NCBI GenBank assembly: GCA_963677895.2
Contig: CAXXGJ010000021.1
Location: forward strand, 65,736-129,735
From: Treponemataceae bacterium
GTDB taxonomy: Bacteria > Spirochaetota > Spirochaetia > Treponematales > Rectinemataceae
Direction: 5' to 3'
Length of the DNA stretch: 64,000 bases
Under the pieces are notes generated by a model. That model ran no database searches. It saw nothing but the letters and a program-made list of their open reading frames with translations, and was not told the DNA's origin. Both the position numbers and the translations under genes were made by a program. Of the stretch, positions 29,250 through 38,670 are shown one piece after another; position 1 is the first letter of the stretch; each line of letters opens with the position of its first letter.

Positions 29250-30062
29250 ATGAAGAAATCGATACTGCTGATTCTCGCGCTCGCACTCGTCGCGGGAACG
29301 GCTTTCGCCCAGGTCAATCTTTCCAAGGTCAAAGACGGCGTCTATTTCGCCCAGAGCAAGGAATTTTCCAGTTCCGGCTGGAAGGAACAAGTCATCCTCG
29401 AAGTGGCCAACGGCAAAATCGTGGAAGCCACGTGGAATGGCGTTTCCAATATCGCTGGCGCCGCGGACAAGGTGGCGTATGCCGCCGCCGGCAAGTACGG
29501 AATGATCAAGGCATCCAAGATCAAGGCCGAATGGAATGTTCAGGCTAAAACGGTCTCCGACTACCTTGTCAAGACCCAGGATGTCAACCTCAAGGCCAAC
29601 ACGAGCGGCAAGACCGACGCCATCTCCGGCGCCACCATGACCGTTTCCGAGTTCTTCGCTCTCGCCCAGCAGGCTCTCGCCTCCAGTCCCGTCGCCAAGG
29701 GTTCCTACAAGGACGGCTGGTATTACGCCGAAGAAGCCGCCTTCAAGTCGGGCTGGAAGATCAGCGCCCTCGTCACCGTGGCGAACGGTTCCATCGTCGA
29801 TGTCGTCCTCAATGGCCTTCCCCAGACCGCCGGCGCCAAGTCCAAGCTCGTGCAGAGCGTGGCCGGCACCTACAAGATGAACGCCAAGAACGGCGAGTAC
29901 CATGTGCAGGCCGCCCGCGTAGAGGAAGCCATCATCAAGGCAGGCGATCCTTCCAAGATCGCGATCGACGCCAAAGGCAAGGCCGACGCCATCTCCGGCG
30001 TTTCAATCTCCGTCAAGACCGAGATCGCCCTCGTCCTCGAGGCGCTTAAAGCGGCGAAGTAA
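29250..30062 (+). CDS. Exported protein with two FMN-binding domains, probably flavinylated
   Basis: Signal peptide ending AFA; two repeats (KDGVYFA / KDGWYYA) ending in DAISGAT and DAISGVS. Confidence 0.8.
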   Translation: MKKSILLILALALVAGTAFAQVNLSKVKDGVYFAQSKEFSSSGWKEQVILEVANGKIVEATWNGVSNIAGAADKVAYAAAGKYGMIKASKIKAEWNVQAKTVSDYLVKTQDVNLKANTSGKTDAISGATMTVSEFFALAQQALASSPVAKGSYKDGWYYAEEAAFKSGWKISALVTVANGSIVDVVLNGLPQTAGAKSKLVQSVAGTYKMNAKNGEYHVQAARVEEAIIKAGDPSKIAIDAKGKADAISGVSISVKTEIALVLEALKAAK

Positions 30063-30081
30063 TCAATTTTCACCGTTCAAG

Positions 30082-30111
30082 AAAAGCGGCCGGAAACGGC
30101 CGCTTTTTTTT
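30082..30111 (+). terminator. Intrinsic terminator
   Basis: AAAAGCGGCCG-GAAA-CGGCCGC followed by T8. Confidence 0.9.
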
Positions 30112-30190
30112 GCCCTTTTCGGTTGACGAAGCGGCTCGCGAAAGGCGATCATCTTTCCAGACGTCTTTCTTTCTTTGAGGAATAAATAGT

Positions 30191-30718
30191 ATGGCTGATA
30201 AAAACGATCCGGAGGCTCCCGGCATGGCCGATGGTCCCGCGTACGTGGCGCCGAGCGCTTCCATAACCGGCGACGTCGCCCTCGGCAGGGATTCCTCGGT
30301 GTGGCACAATGCCGTTCTCCGCGGCGACCTGGCCCCCATCAGGGTAGGCGAGCGTTCCAACGTGCAGGACGGCGCCGTGCTTCATGTCGCCACCGGGCTC
30401 CCCTGCCTCATCGGCGACGATGTGACGATCGGCCATGGCGCCATCGTGCACGGCTGCAAGGTGGGGAACCGATGTCTCATTGGGATGGGTTCGATCATCC
30501 TCAATGGAGCCGAGATTGGCGATGAATGCATCGTCGCGGCGGGAGCCCTCGTCACCGAAGGCAAGAAGATTCCGCCGCGCAGTCTCGTTCTGGGCAGCCC
30601 TGCCAAGATCGTCAGGGCGACGAGCGAGGAAGATATGAAGAAGATCCTCCACACGGCCGAAGCTTACTGCAGGCTGGCGAGCAAGGCGAGCACGGATTCC
30701 ACGACTGATCGCTGCTGA
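30191..30718 (+). CDS. Gamma carbonic anhydrase-like hexapeptide protein
   Basis: VLRGD, SNVQDGAVLH, VTIGHGAIVHG. Confidence 0.9.
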   Translation: MADKNDPEAPGMADGPAYVAPSASITGDVALGRDSSVWHNAVLRGDLAPIRVGERSNVQDGAVLHVATGLPCLIGDDVTIGHGAIVHGCKVGNRCLIGMGSIILNGAEIGDECIVAAGALVTEGKKIPPRSLVLGSPAKIVRATSEEDMKKILHTAEAYCRLASKASTDSTTDRC

Positions 30719-31506
30719 CGGCTGGGCGGTATCTCGGCCGCTCCATCGCCCTTTTGCGTTCCGTAATCGCCGAACTGGGCGTGGTTGCCGCCGGCTATTC
30801 TGACGTAGTTGGCCGAATCGGGAAGCAGGGTCCTGGCTTTGCCGATTTTTTCCTGCGTCGCGAGCATATCGTTGGACGCCGAGATGCTGAGGACCCTGAT
30901 TCTGGTCTCGGCGAGAGAGCCTGAGGCTGAGGGATAGGAGCCGAGGAAGACGATCCCGTCGACGATGTCCTGATGTTTCTTCGCGAAGCCGGAGGCGGCC
31001 ACGCCGCCGAGCGAATGCCCGGCGAGCACCCATTTCCGGACGCCGGGAAGCGCGGCCATGGAGCGGAAAGCCGCCTGCCCATCGAAAATAGCGAATCCCA
31101 GCCTGACATCGAGGAGGACAGCCGGATAGCCCGCTTCGGCCACCGCGCGGCCCAGGTAGGAATAGGCTTCCTTGGGCACTTTGGCTCCCGGGTACATTAT
31201 GAAGCCCAGCGCGGCGTTTTCCGAACCCGCGGGCAGGAAATAGAGATCCCCGCCTTCTTCATATATGTTGATGAACGATGTGGGAGTCCGCAGGGCGGGA
31301 TCGGAACGGTCAGGAAGCGGCAGGAACATCTGTATGAGGGCGGCGACAAGAATCGCCGAGACCGCCAGCGCGAAAATCGCTTTAAGCCGACGGCCGCAGC
31401 CTTTCTTTGGGGCGGATTTTGAATCTTGGGACGATTTTGCTTTGTCTGATGGCGCGGCTTTGCTGGATGGCGCGGCTTTGCTGGACGGCTCCCGCTTTTC
31501 GTTCAT
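30664..31506 (-). CDS. Membrane-anchored alpha/beta hydrolase (Abhydrolase_5-like)
   Basis: YPGAKV, GHSLGG nucleophile elbow, GGNHAQFGDYG. Confidence 0.85.
   Translation of the reverse strand: MNEKREPSSKAAPSSKAAPSDKAKSSQDSKSAPKKGCGRRLKAIFALAVSAILVAALIQMFLPLPDRSDPALRTPTSFINIYEEGGDLYFLPAGSENAALGFIMYPGAKVPKEAYSYLGRAVAEAGYPAVLLDVRLGFAIFDGQAAFRSMAALPGVRKWVLAGHSLGGVAASGFAKKHQDIVDGIVFLGSYPSASGSLAETRIRVLSISASNDMLATQEKIGKARTLLPDSANYVRIAGGNHAQFGDYGTQKGDGAAEIPPSRQQRSVVESVLALLASLQ
31448..31483. repeat. 18-bp tandem duplication encoding SSKAAP twice
   Basis: GATGGCGCGGCTTTGCTG at 31448-31465 and 31466-31483. Confidence 0.85.
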
Positions 31507-31609
31507 CACTCTCTGTTTCCTGCGGATCATGGAAAAAGTATATATGATCCATGTACAAATGGACAGTTGTTTTGCATACTGGGATCGGATTCGCAACCAA
31601 GGTGAGAGG

Positions 31610-33202
31610 ATGAAAAACAAAGAGGATTTGACGGCGTTGGACGGCGATTCGGCGGCACCTGATGGCGTTTCAGCGGCAATGTACGGCGGCTCGGTGGGGC
31701 TGGACGGCGAGCGGGCGGCTCCAGGCGGTGACCTTGCGGCCCCGGGCGGCGATCTGGCGGCTCCGGGCGGCGGCCTTGCGGCTCCAGGCGGCGACTTTGC
31801 GGCTCCGGGCGGCGACCTGGACATGGATGCTCGGGATGCCCTGCCCCTGCCGTCGAGGATTCCGCTGCTCGCTTCCATCGACGCGCTCTATCCGCCGGAG
31901 ACGCTGGATGCCCAGAGACTTCGATACGGGAAACTGAAGAAAGAGTTTTTCAGGCATTTTCCGGATCGGTCGACGGGACCGGACGGGCAGCACAGGCTGA
32001 ACGGGCATTTTCCGGATCGGCAGGCTTTATCGGGGCTGCTTTTCTTCTCGGCGCCGGGCAGGACGGAGCTTTGCGGGAACCATACCGACCACAACAATGG
32101 AAAGGTGCTGGCCGCCGCCATCAGCCTCGACACGATCGGGGCAGCCGCGCCGCGCTCGGACACGCTCGTCCGTGTCGTCTCGGAAGGCTTCGGCGCCTTC
32201 GAGGTGGATCTTGCCGACCTCTCGGTCCGGCCGAAGGAAAAAGGCGGTTCGGCGGCCATCGTGAGGGGAATGGCGGCCGGGTTGGCGAAGCTCGCGGCGC
32301 GGCGCGGCTCAATGCATCAAATCCAAGGCTTCGACGCTTACATTGAATCTAAAATCCTTCCCGGTTCGGGCCTCTCCAGTTCAGCCGCTTTCGAAGTGCT
32401 CATCGGCGGAATCCTCGGCGTTTTTTCCGGCATCGAGATATCGCCCATGGAAATAGCCCGAATCGGCCAATTCGCGGAAAATGAATATTTCGGCAAACCC
32501 TGCGGGCTCATGGACCAGATGGCCTGTGCCCTCGGCAACACGGCCGCCCTCGATTTCGGCGACACGGACAGGGTAAAAGTGAACCTCCTGCGTTTCGATC
32601 CAAGCGAATACGGTCTCGCCCTCGTCATCGTGGCCACCGGCGGCAGCCATGCCGATCTTACCGAGGACTATGCGGCGATTCCCGGCGAAATGAAAGCGGT
32701 CGCTGCGGTTCTCGGCGCCTCAACGTTGGCCGGCACATCCATTGCCGGTCTCCTCGCCCAAGCGGGGGAAATACGGAAATCCTGCGGCGACAGGGCTTTC
32801 CTGCGCGCCTGGCATTTCGTCAAGGAAACGGAACGTCCCGCCGCGCTGCGGAAAGCGATCATGAAAGCTGATATCGGCGCCTACCTGGCCACGATATGCG
32901 ATTCAGGCGATTCCAGCGCGAAATATCTCCAGAATTTATATTCCCCGAAAAACCCATCGGAACAGGGGCTTCTCATAGCCCTCGCCGCCACGGAGGACTT
33001 CCTCGCCGGAAACGGCGCGTGCAGGGTTCATGGCGGAGGTTTCGCGGGCACGATTCAGACATACCTGCCCGGCGCCAAGCTGCCCGCTTACAAGGCCCTC
33101 ATGGAATCCCTATTCGGGCCATTCTGCGTTTTTCCCTTGCGAATCCGTCCCTTCGGTGTAGTATGTATCGAAAACCCACAAGGAGCGTTCGATGAAAGAT
33201 GA
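31610..33202 (+). CDS. galK: Galactokinase (GHMP) with a repeat-containing N-terminal extension
   Basis: APGRTELCGNHTDHN, PGSGLSSSAA, KPCGLMDQ, RVHGGGFAG. Confidence 0.85.
   Translation: MKNKEDLTALDGDSAAPDGVSAAMYGGSVGLDGERAAPGGDLAAPGGDLAAPGGGLAAPGGDFAAPGGDLDMDARDALPLPSRIPLLASIDALYPPETLDAQRLRYGKLKKEFFRHFPDRSTGPDGQHRLNGHFPDRQALSGLLFFSAPGRTELCGNHTDHNNGKVLAAAISLDTIGAAAPRSDTLVRVVSEGFGAFEVDLADLSVRPKEKGGSAAIVRGMAAGLAKLAARRGSMHQIQGFDAYIESKILPGSGLSSSAAFEVLIGGILGVFSGIEISPMEIARIGQFAENEYFGKPCGLMDQMACALGNTAALDFGDTDRVKVNLLRFDPSEYGLALVIVATGGSHADLTEDYAAIPGEMKAVAAVLGASTLAGTSIAGLLAQAGEIRKSCGDRAFLRAWHFVKETERPAALRKAIMKADIGAYLATICDSGDSSAKYLQNLYSPKNPSEQGLLIALAATEDFLAGNGACRVHGGGFAGTIQTYLPGAKLPAYKALMESLFGPFCVFPLRIRPFGVVCIENPQGAFDER
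31715..31819 (+). repeat. 5 x 21-bp tandem repeat (AAPGGDL)
   Basis: Units close to GCGGCTCCRGGCGGCGACCTK, in frame with galK. Confidence 0.92.
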
Positions 33203-34484
33203 CAAGAAAGGCTTCAAGCCTTACCTGAAACTGACTTTCCTGATTGGTTTCGGATTCTTCACCATGGGTCTCATGGATCCGCTCTACGACACCTTTGTGC
33301 CGATCTTTCTGGGGAAATATGTTTCATCGATGACGCTCGTCGGCCTTATCATGACGCTCGACAACATCTTCGCCCTCTTCCTCATTCCCCTGTCCAGCGT
33401 CCTTTCCGACCGGACAAACACGAAGATCGGCCGAAGGATGCCATACATCGTCACGCTTCTTCCCTTGACCGCGATTTTCTTCGGCGCCATGCCGTACGCA
33501 GCCGCCGCGTCGCTCGGCGCCCTGATAGCGCTCATCTTCTGCCTTAATCTCGCGAAACAAGGGGCTCGAGGCCCGGTTGTCGCGCTCATGCCCGACATAA
33601 TTCCCGCCGAATTCAGGTCCGAGGCCAACGGCGTCATCAACACGATGGGCGGCATAGCGACGATAGTCGGCACCATCGGCCTTGCCCGCCTCATGGATAT
33701 CGACATCGTGCTTCCGATCCTCGGCAGCACGAAAGACCGCCTGCCCTTCCCGCTCGCGGGCATCCTCGTGGTCCTGGCGGTGATTCTGCTCTTCCTCTTC
33801 GTCAAAGAAAAAAAACACGCTCTTCCGGCTCTTCCTCCGAAAAGAAGGAGCCCCTTCTCGCGAGCTTCAAGGCGGTGGCCGGGCAGTCGGACAAGAGCGC
33901 CCTCTACATCCTCATTTCCCTTTTCCTCTGGTTCCTGGGCTATCAAGGCGTCCTTCCCTTCATCGGCAAGTACTCCATCGACATTCTCAAAACCTCTTCA
34001 GGGAACGGCAGCCCTCGCCGCGGGCATGGTGGGCGTGGCTTACGCGATATTCGCCATTCCCTCGGGCTATCTGGCCCACAAGAATGGACGTAAAAAGACG
34101 ATACGCACGAGCCTCATCGTGATCGCATGTCTCACCACGCTGCTGTTTTTCCACGACCCCCTCACCGCTAGCCTCCCGGCCTCCCTCCGTCTCTACAGCT
34201 TCTGGCTCATTATGTTCGTCTTCGGCATGTTCTGGGTATCGGTGGTAACCAACTCCTTCCCGATGCTTTGGCAGATGGCGAGCTGGGGAACCATGGGAAT
34301 CTACACGGGGCTCTACTACACGGCGAGCCAGGGAGCGGCCATCCTCGCGCCCATCCTCACGGGCGCCATCATCGACATCGTCGGCTATAGAGGCATCTTC
34401 CTCTTCTGCTCGATCTGCATGGTCGCGGCCTTCCTCGTGATGGGCAAGGTTCGCTCCGGCGAAGCCGAATCGAAAACCGCGTGA
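33192..34484 (+). CDS. MFS (SLC45/MalT-like) sugar transporter with two compensating frameshifts (~33810 and ~34000)
   Basis: SDRTNTKIGRRMPY and ALMPD...RSEANG motifs. The missing TM segment (SALYILISLFLWFLGYQG) is in the alternative frame at 33875. Confidence 0.85.
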   Translation: MKDDKKGFKPYLKLTFLIGFGFFTMGLMDPLYDTFVPIFLGKYVSSMTLVGLIMTLDNIFALFLIPLSSVLSDRTNTKIGRRMPYIVTLLPLTAIFFGAMPYAAAASLGALIALIFCLNLAKQGARGPVVALMPDIIPAEFRSEANGVINTMGGIATIVGTIGLARLMDIDIVLPILGSTKDRLPFPLAGILVVLAVILLFLFVKEKKHALPALPPKRRSPFSRASRRWPGSRTRAPSTSSFPFSSGSWAIKASFPSSASTPSTFSKPLQGTAALAAGMVGVAYAIFAIPSGYLAHKNGRKKTIRTSLIVIACLTTLLFFHDPLTASLPASLRLYSFWLIMFVFGMFWVSVVTNSFPMLWQMASWGTMGIYTGLYYTASQGAAILAPILTGAIIDIVGYRGIFLFCSICMVAAFLVMGKVRSGEAESKTA

Positions 34485-34490
34485 GGGATG

Positions 34491-34519
34491 TTGATAATTC
34501 TCCGATTACTGCCGATAAT
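34491..34519 (+). promoter_or_regulatory. Putative sigma70 promoter of the small ORF
   Basis: TTGATA-N17-GATAAT. Confidence 0.6.
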
Positions 34520-34615
34520 AGGGGATGCGCCTTAATGCGCTCGCAATCGGGCTCAGCAACCCGCCCAGCCCCTGTCGGGACTCAGGAAATTCTACTCTTA
34601 ATAGGAGGATCGCAT

Positions 34616-34726
34616 ATGAAATCACAGGACAGACCGAAGTCGGCGGAGAAAAAGAAGCCGCAGAAGACGCTCAAGGAAAAGCGCGCCGAGAAAAAGGCCA
34701 AGAAGGATACCAAAACCGAAGATTGA
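34616..34726 (+). CDS. 36-aa Lys-rich small protein
   Basis: AGGAGG RBS, own promoter and terminator; MKSQDRPKSAEKKKPQKTLKEKRAEKKAKKDTKTED. Confidence 0.75.
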   Translation: MKSQDRPKSAEKKKPQKTLKEKRAEKKAKKDTKTED

Positions 34727-34745
34727 AAACGTCTATTGAAAAGCG

Positions 34746-34776
34746 AAGAGACCGCCGCAAGCGGTCTCTTTTTTTT
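34746..34776 (+). terminator. Intrinsic terminator
   Basis: AAGAGACCGC-CGCAA-GCGGTCTC followed by T8. Confidence 0.88.
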
Positions 34777-34814
34777 GCCCCGATTCTCGCGATTTCCGCC
34801 GCGATGCGGCCGCT

Positions 34815-35402
34815 TCAGCGGGCTACAGGCGTGCCCACGGAGAGAAGGTCCTTCCTTAGCGATGCCGCGTCCGTATAAAGAAAAGCCCGCAGGCCGAGCG
34901 CCCGCGCCGCCTCGACATTCTTCGGACTGTCATCAGTGAAAAAAGCCAGCTCGGGCGCCACCCCTTCGCTCTCGAGGATTTCCCGCCAGAAAAGCGGATC
35001 GGGCTTGCTCTTGTGCATTATGTGCGAGGCGTACACCGCGTGGAAGGGTTCGTACATACCCAACTTCTCGTTGATCGCGTGATGGCAGTCGATCGTATTC
35101 GTTCCGCAGACGGTTCTCGCGCCCAAGGCCAATTCGCGCACGAGAGCGAAGGTCGGCTCGTCGCGCGTGGGCTTGAAACATTCGGCCCACCAATTTCGCT
35201 CAACCTTGATTCCCGTGCGCGCCTCGAAGCGGCGCCAGAATTCGCCCGAATCTATTTCGCCATTGGACATGAGGATCATATCGGGGGGCAGCAGCCTTAA
35301 AAGGGTTTCCTTCTCCATCCCCATGGCGGCGGCCACGTCGCCGAGCACCATATGGTTGCGGATGAGCACGCCGCCTTCGTCGAAAATGTAGAGGTCGATC
35401 AT
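34815..35402 (-). CDS. HAD family phosphatase
   Basis: IFDEGGVL, TNT, KSKPDP, FFTDDSPKN. Confidence 0.88.
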   Translation of the reverse strand: MIDLYIFDEGGVLIRNHMVLGDVAAAMGMEKETLLRLLPPDMILMSNGEIDSGEFWRRFEARTGIKVERNWWAECFKPTRDEPTFALVRELALGARTVCGTNTIDCHHAINEKLGMYEPFHAVYASHIMHKSKPDPLFWREILESEGVAPELAFFTDDSPKNVEAARALGLRAFLYTDAASLRKDLLSVGTPVAR

Positions 35403-36280
35403 GTCTTGCTCCCCGAATAGACGCCCGCGCCCTGGAGGAAATACCTGGACATGGAGAAGAAGAGGACGAAGACGGGCATCGCCGCGATGACCGCTACCGC
35501 CATCATGGTGCCCTCGTCAGCGGTGAGATCGGCCGTATAACGGATGATGTAGGAGGGGATCGTCTTGAGCTTGTCTGACTGCGTGATGAGAAGCGGCCAG
35601 AGGAGGTTGTCCCATTGGCCTCTGAACGCGAGAATCGCGAGAGTCGCCACCGCGGGCTTGGCGTTCTTGAACACGATGCTGCGGAAGATGCGCGGTTCGG
35701 AACAGCCGTCGATCCTGGCCGCGTCCAGCAGTTCTTCGGGAAAACCGAGCAGGTACTGCCGCATGAGGAAGACGCCGAAGGCGCTCGTCAGGAAAGGCAG
35801 GATAAGGCCCGCGTAGCTGTCCTGAAGGCCGAGCTTCACGGCGGTAAGGTAGAGCGGTATCATGACCGCCTCGAAGGGAATCATCATGGTGGACATGATG
35901 CCCATGAAAACGATGTTCCTGCCCCTGAACTTGAACTTCGCGAGGCCGTAGCCCGTGACGGAGGCGAGCGTCACCGAGGAGAGCGCGACGGTGGTGGCGA
36001 CGATGAACGAATTCATGATATTCCGCAGATACATCCAGTCGCCGTCGCTTCCCTGCAGGGCTCGCAGGTAGTTGGACCAGAGGGGCTTCTGGGGAATCCA
36101 GCGGTAGGGAATCGACGTGACGTCGGAACCCGGCATGAGAGAGGCTCCCGCCATGAACGCGAAGGGCATGATGGCGATGCATGATACCGCCACGAGGATG
36201 ATCGTAGCGAGGAAGCTCCCGGCGCGATGCGCGTTGACGCGTCCCGGAGCGCGCGACAGGCTTGGGTTGGTTTTATTCAC
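35399..36280 (-). CDS. Carbohydrate ABC transporter permease
   Basis: EAA-like motif ELLDAARIDG and WDNLLWPL; GTG start behind GAGGAG. Confidence 0.9.
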   Translation of the reverse strand: MNKTNPSLSRAPGRVNAHRAGSFLATIILVAVSCIAIMPFAFMAGASLMPGSDVTSIPYRWIPQKPLWSNYLRALQGSDGDWMYLRNIMNSFIVATTVALSSVTLASVTGYGLAKFKFRGRNIVFMGIMSTMMIPFEAVMIPLYLTAVKLGLQDSYAGLILPFLTSAFGVFLMRQYLLGFPEELLDAARIDGCSEPRIFRSIVFKNAKPAVATLAILAFRGQWDNLLWPLLITQSDKLKTIPSYIIRYTADLTADEGTMMAVAVIAAMPVFVLFFSMSRYFLQGAGVYSGSKT

Positions 36281-37188
36281 ATCTCCTCCCCTGTGCCGCC
36301 GGCGCGCACCTGCAGCCAGGCGAGGACGAGGAGCGTGATGAAGAGAAGGAGGCTCATCACGCTGGCCCTGCCCAGGTTCTGCTCCACGATGGCCGTGTTG
36401 TAGATGTTGAGCGTCAGGACGTTGATCGGCCGCAATGGCGCTCCCCTCTGGGTGAAGAGATATTGCGTCGAAAAGGTCTTCAGGCTGCCCGTAAAAATCA
36501 TTACGGATACCAAGGCCATCGTGGGTTTCAGAAGAGGAATCGTTATGCGCGTCAGCCGCTGCCAGGCGTTGGCTCCGTCGATGATCGAGGCCTCGATGAC
36601 GCTGACGGGTATTTTCCCGATGCCCGTGACGAAGAGGATGCAGTAGTAGCCCACCGTTTTCCAGATGTAGACGAGCATCGTGGATATCTGGACCATGGCA
36701 GCGTCGGCGAGCCAGCGATGGTCGATGCCGGGCGTGCCCATGATTCCGTTCAGGAACTGGTTGGCGAGACCGCGGGGATCGAACAGTATGGCCCACACGC
36801 TCGCCGTGACGACAGAGGAGAGGACGGCGGGCGAATACAGGGCCAGCTGAAAAAACCTCCTGCCCTTGCTCCTGGAGGCGATGAGGACGCCCAGGAGAAG
36901 GGATGCCACGAAGATCGGTCCGAACACCCCCAGGCAGAAGGTCGCCGAGGCGCGCACCGAGTTCCAGAAGTCAGGGGAGGTGAGAACCTTCTCGTAGTTC
37001 TGGAAACCGATGAATTTCGGGGGTTTGAGGGAGAGGAGCTTTTTGTTGTGAAAGGAGGTCCATATCGCGTAGAGGATGGGATAGAGCGAGAAGGTGGAGA
37101 AGAAGAGGACGCCGGGCGCGACGAAGACCCAGCCCCAGCCATTCCTTTTCGTTTCGAGGGATCGTCTTGTGCGGGAAGCTGACATCAT
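36277..37188 (-). CDS. Carbohydrate ABC transporter permease
   Basis: FIGFQNY and EASIIDGANAWQ. Confidence 0.9.
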   Translation of the reverse strand: MMSASRTRRSLETKRNGWGWVFVAPGVLFFSTFSLYPILYAIWTSFHNKKLLSLKPPKFIGFQNYEKVLTSPDFWNSVRASATFCLGVFGPIFVASLLLGVLIASRSKGRRFFQLALYSPAVLSSVVTASVWAILFDPRGLANQFLNGIMGTPGIDHRWLADAAMVQISTMLVYIWKTVGYYCILFVTGIGKIPVSVIEASIIDGANAWQRLTRITIPLLKPTMALVSVMIFTGSLKTFSTQYLFTQRGAPLRPINVLTLNIYNTAIVEQNLGRASVMSLLLFITLLVLAWLQVRAGGTGEEM

Positions 37189-37212
37189 TGGGTTCCTGTG
37201 GAGTTCCGGAAT

Positions 37213-37247
37213 ATGGAGGCCGACGCCTTAAGGGCATCGGCCTCCAT
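37213..37247 (-). other. Intercistronic stem-loop after the binding-protein gene
   Basis: 15-bp stem (one G-U pair on the minus strand), 5-nt loop, no U-tract. Confidence 0.7.
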
Positions 37248-37281
37248 TCGAGTTTTTACGCTGTGAGCGCTGAGCTGGGTA

Positions 37282-38586
37282 TCAGTCAGCCTCGTCGAGG
37301 GCGGCTTGAGCCGCCTTGCGGAGCTTGTCCAACGCCGCCTTGGGTTCCACGCCCGCGAGCATCACGCTCTCGAAGGCTTCCTTCAGGAGGGCGTTGAGGC
37401 GCGAACTCGCCTTGCCGATATAGACGATCTTGGCCGCGTCGAAGTCTTTCATGAAGACATCCGAATAGGGCATGGCCTTGAGGACGGCCGATTCATTGAG
37501 CTTCTGGGTCGGCTGGACGATGGCCACCTTGTCGAGGTACTCGTCGCCGTGACCGAGCATATAGTCGAGGAGAATCCAGCTGGCTTCCTGCTTGAGTTTG
37601 TCGGACTGGACGTTGACCATGTAATAGTGCCCCGAATAATTGGCTGTGACACGCTTCTTCGCGTCCTTCCACTGGGGGAAGGGCACGACCATCCAATCCT
37701 TGGAATTGAGGAAGCCGGGGTTCGACGCCTTCATTCTCGCTTCCTGGTAGAGGCCCGAGAAGGACATCGCGACGAGGCCGGTGTTCTTGTCGAATTCCGT
37801 CCTGGCCGCGGTATAGGTGGGCGAGCCGAGGTTCTTGGCGCCGGGGCCGAAATCCTTCACGTACTGGAGAACCTTGAGCCACGCCGCGTCGCCGACGATG
37901 GCTGTCTTTCCATCCTTCGACACGAGTTCACCGCCGAGCTGCTCGACCATGGGGACGAAGGTATTGGGATAGGCATCGTAGCGGAAGTCGAACCCGCGGC
38001 GGGTGATGATCTGCCCGTTGCGCTTGACGATTTTCTCGGAGAGGGCCATGACGTCTTCCCAGGTTTTCGGGGCGTCCTTGTCGGGGTCAAGCCCGGCTTC
38101 GACGAACATCTTCCTGTTGACATAGAGGCACATGTTGGTCAGCTCGAGGGGCAGTCCGTAGATGTCGTCGTCGCGGGTGACCGCGGCGAGCATGCCCGGA
38201 AGGTAGGCTTTTTCCAGGGCGGCGGCATCCTTGTAGCCGATGGCCTTGTAGTTGACGGGGGCGATTCGGCCGTTGTCGAGGAAGGGCATGGCGCTGGTGA
38301 TCGCCACGTTGAAAATGTCGGGGCCCTGGTTGGCGGCGAATGCCGTGGTGAGCGTCTCGAGGATTTTCCCCGAAGGATAGCTGGAGTAGTTCACCTTGAC
38401 GCCGGGGTTGGCGGCCATGAACTCGGCGATATACTTCTTCTCGAGAGGTCCGCGGTTCGCGTCGTCATGAGTCCACATGTTGATCTCGATATTTTTTCCC
38501 TTCAGTCCGGGAACCACCGGGGCTTGCGCAAAAGCAACCGAAGCCGCAATCATCGCCAAAACGATTGAAACCATCACCTTCTTCAT
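37282..38586 (-). CDS. Sugar ABC transporter substrate-binding protein
   Basis: Signal peptide; GPDIF, IYGLP, LYVNRKMF and PKTWED motifs. Confidence 0.9.
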   Translation of the reverse strand: MKKVMVSIVLAMIAASVAFAQAPVVPGLKGKNIEINMWTHDDANRGPLEKKYIAEFMAANPGVKVNYSSYPSGKILETLTTAFAANQGPDIFNVAITSAMPFLDNGRIAPVNYKAIGYKDAAALEKAYLPGMLAAVTRDDDIYGLPLELTNMCLYVNRKMFVEAGLDPDKDAPKTWEDVMALSEKIVKRNGQIITRRGFDFRYDAYPNTFVPMVEQLGGELVSKDGKTAIVGDAAWLKVLQYVKDFGPGAKNLGSPTYTAARTEFDKNTGLVAMSFSGLYQEARMKASNPGFLNSKDWMVVPFPQWKDAKKRVTANYSGHYYMVNVQSDKLKQEASWILLDYMLGHGDEYLDKVAIVQPTQKLNESAVLKAMPYSDVFMKDFDAAKIVYIGKASSRLNALLKEAFESVMLAGVEPKAALDKLRKAAQAALDEAD

Positions 38587-38641
38587 CTACGTTCCTCCAG
38601 GTAAGCATATCGGGGATATGACATATCGCGCGATTCGCCAT

Positions 38642-38670
38642 AGTGTAGCCCGGTTTCCGCGACCGCACAA
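38642..38670 (-). promoter_or_regulatory. Putative promoter of the sugar ABC operon
   Basis: Minus strand TTGTGC-N17-TACACT; GATATG-A-CATATC palindrome at 38614-38626 downstream. Confidence 0.45.

Noticed and set aside
31715..31819. CRISPR-like array
   Set aside because: Head-to-tail 21-bp units with no spacers and no cas genes; it is a minisatellite.
35399..36796. 465-aa permease with a long N-terminal extension
   Set aside because: The extension overlaps the upstream permease out of frame; the real start is GTG 36280 behind GAGGAG.
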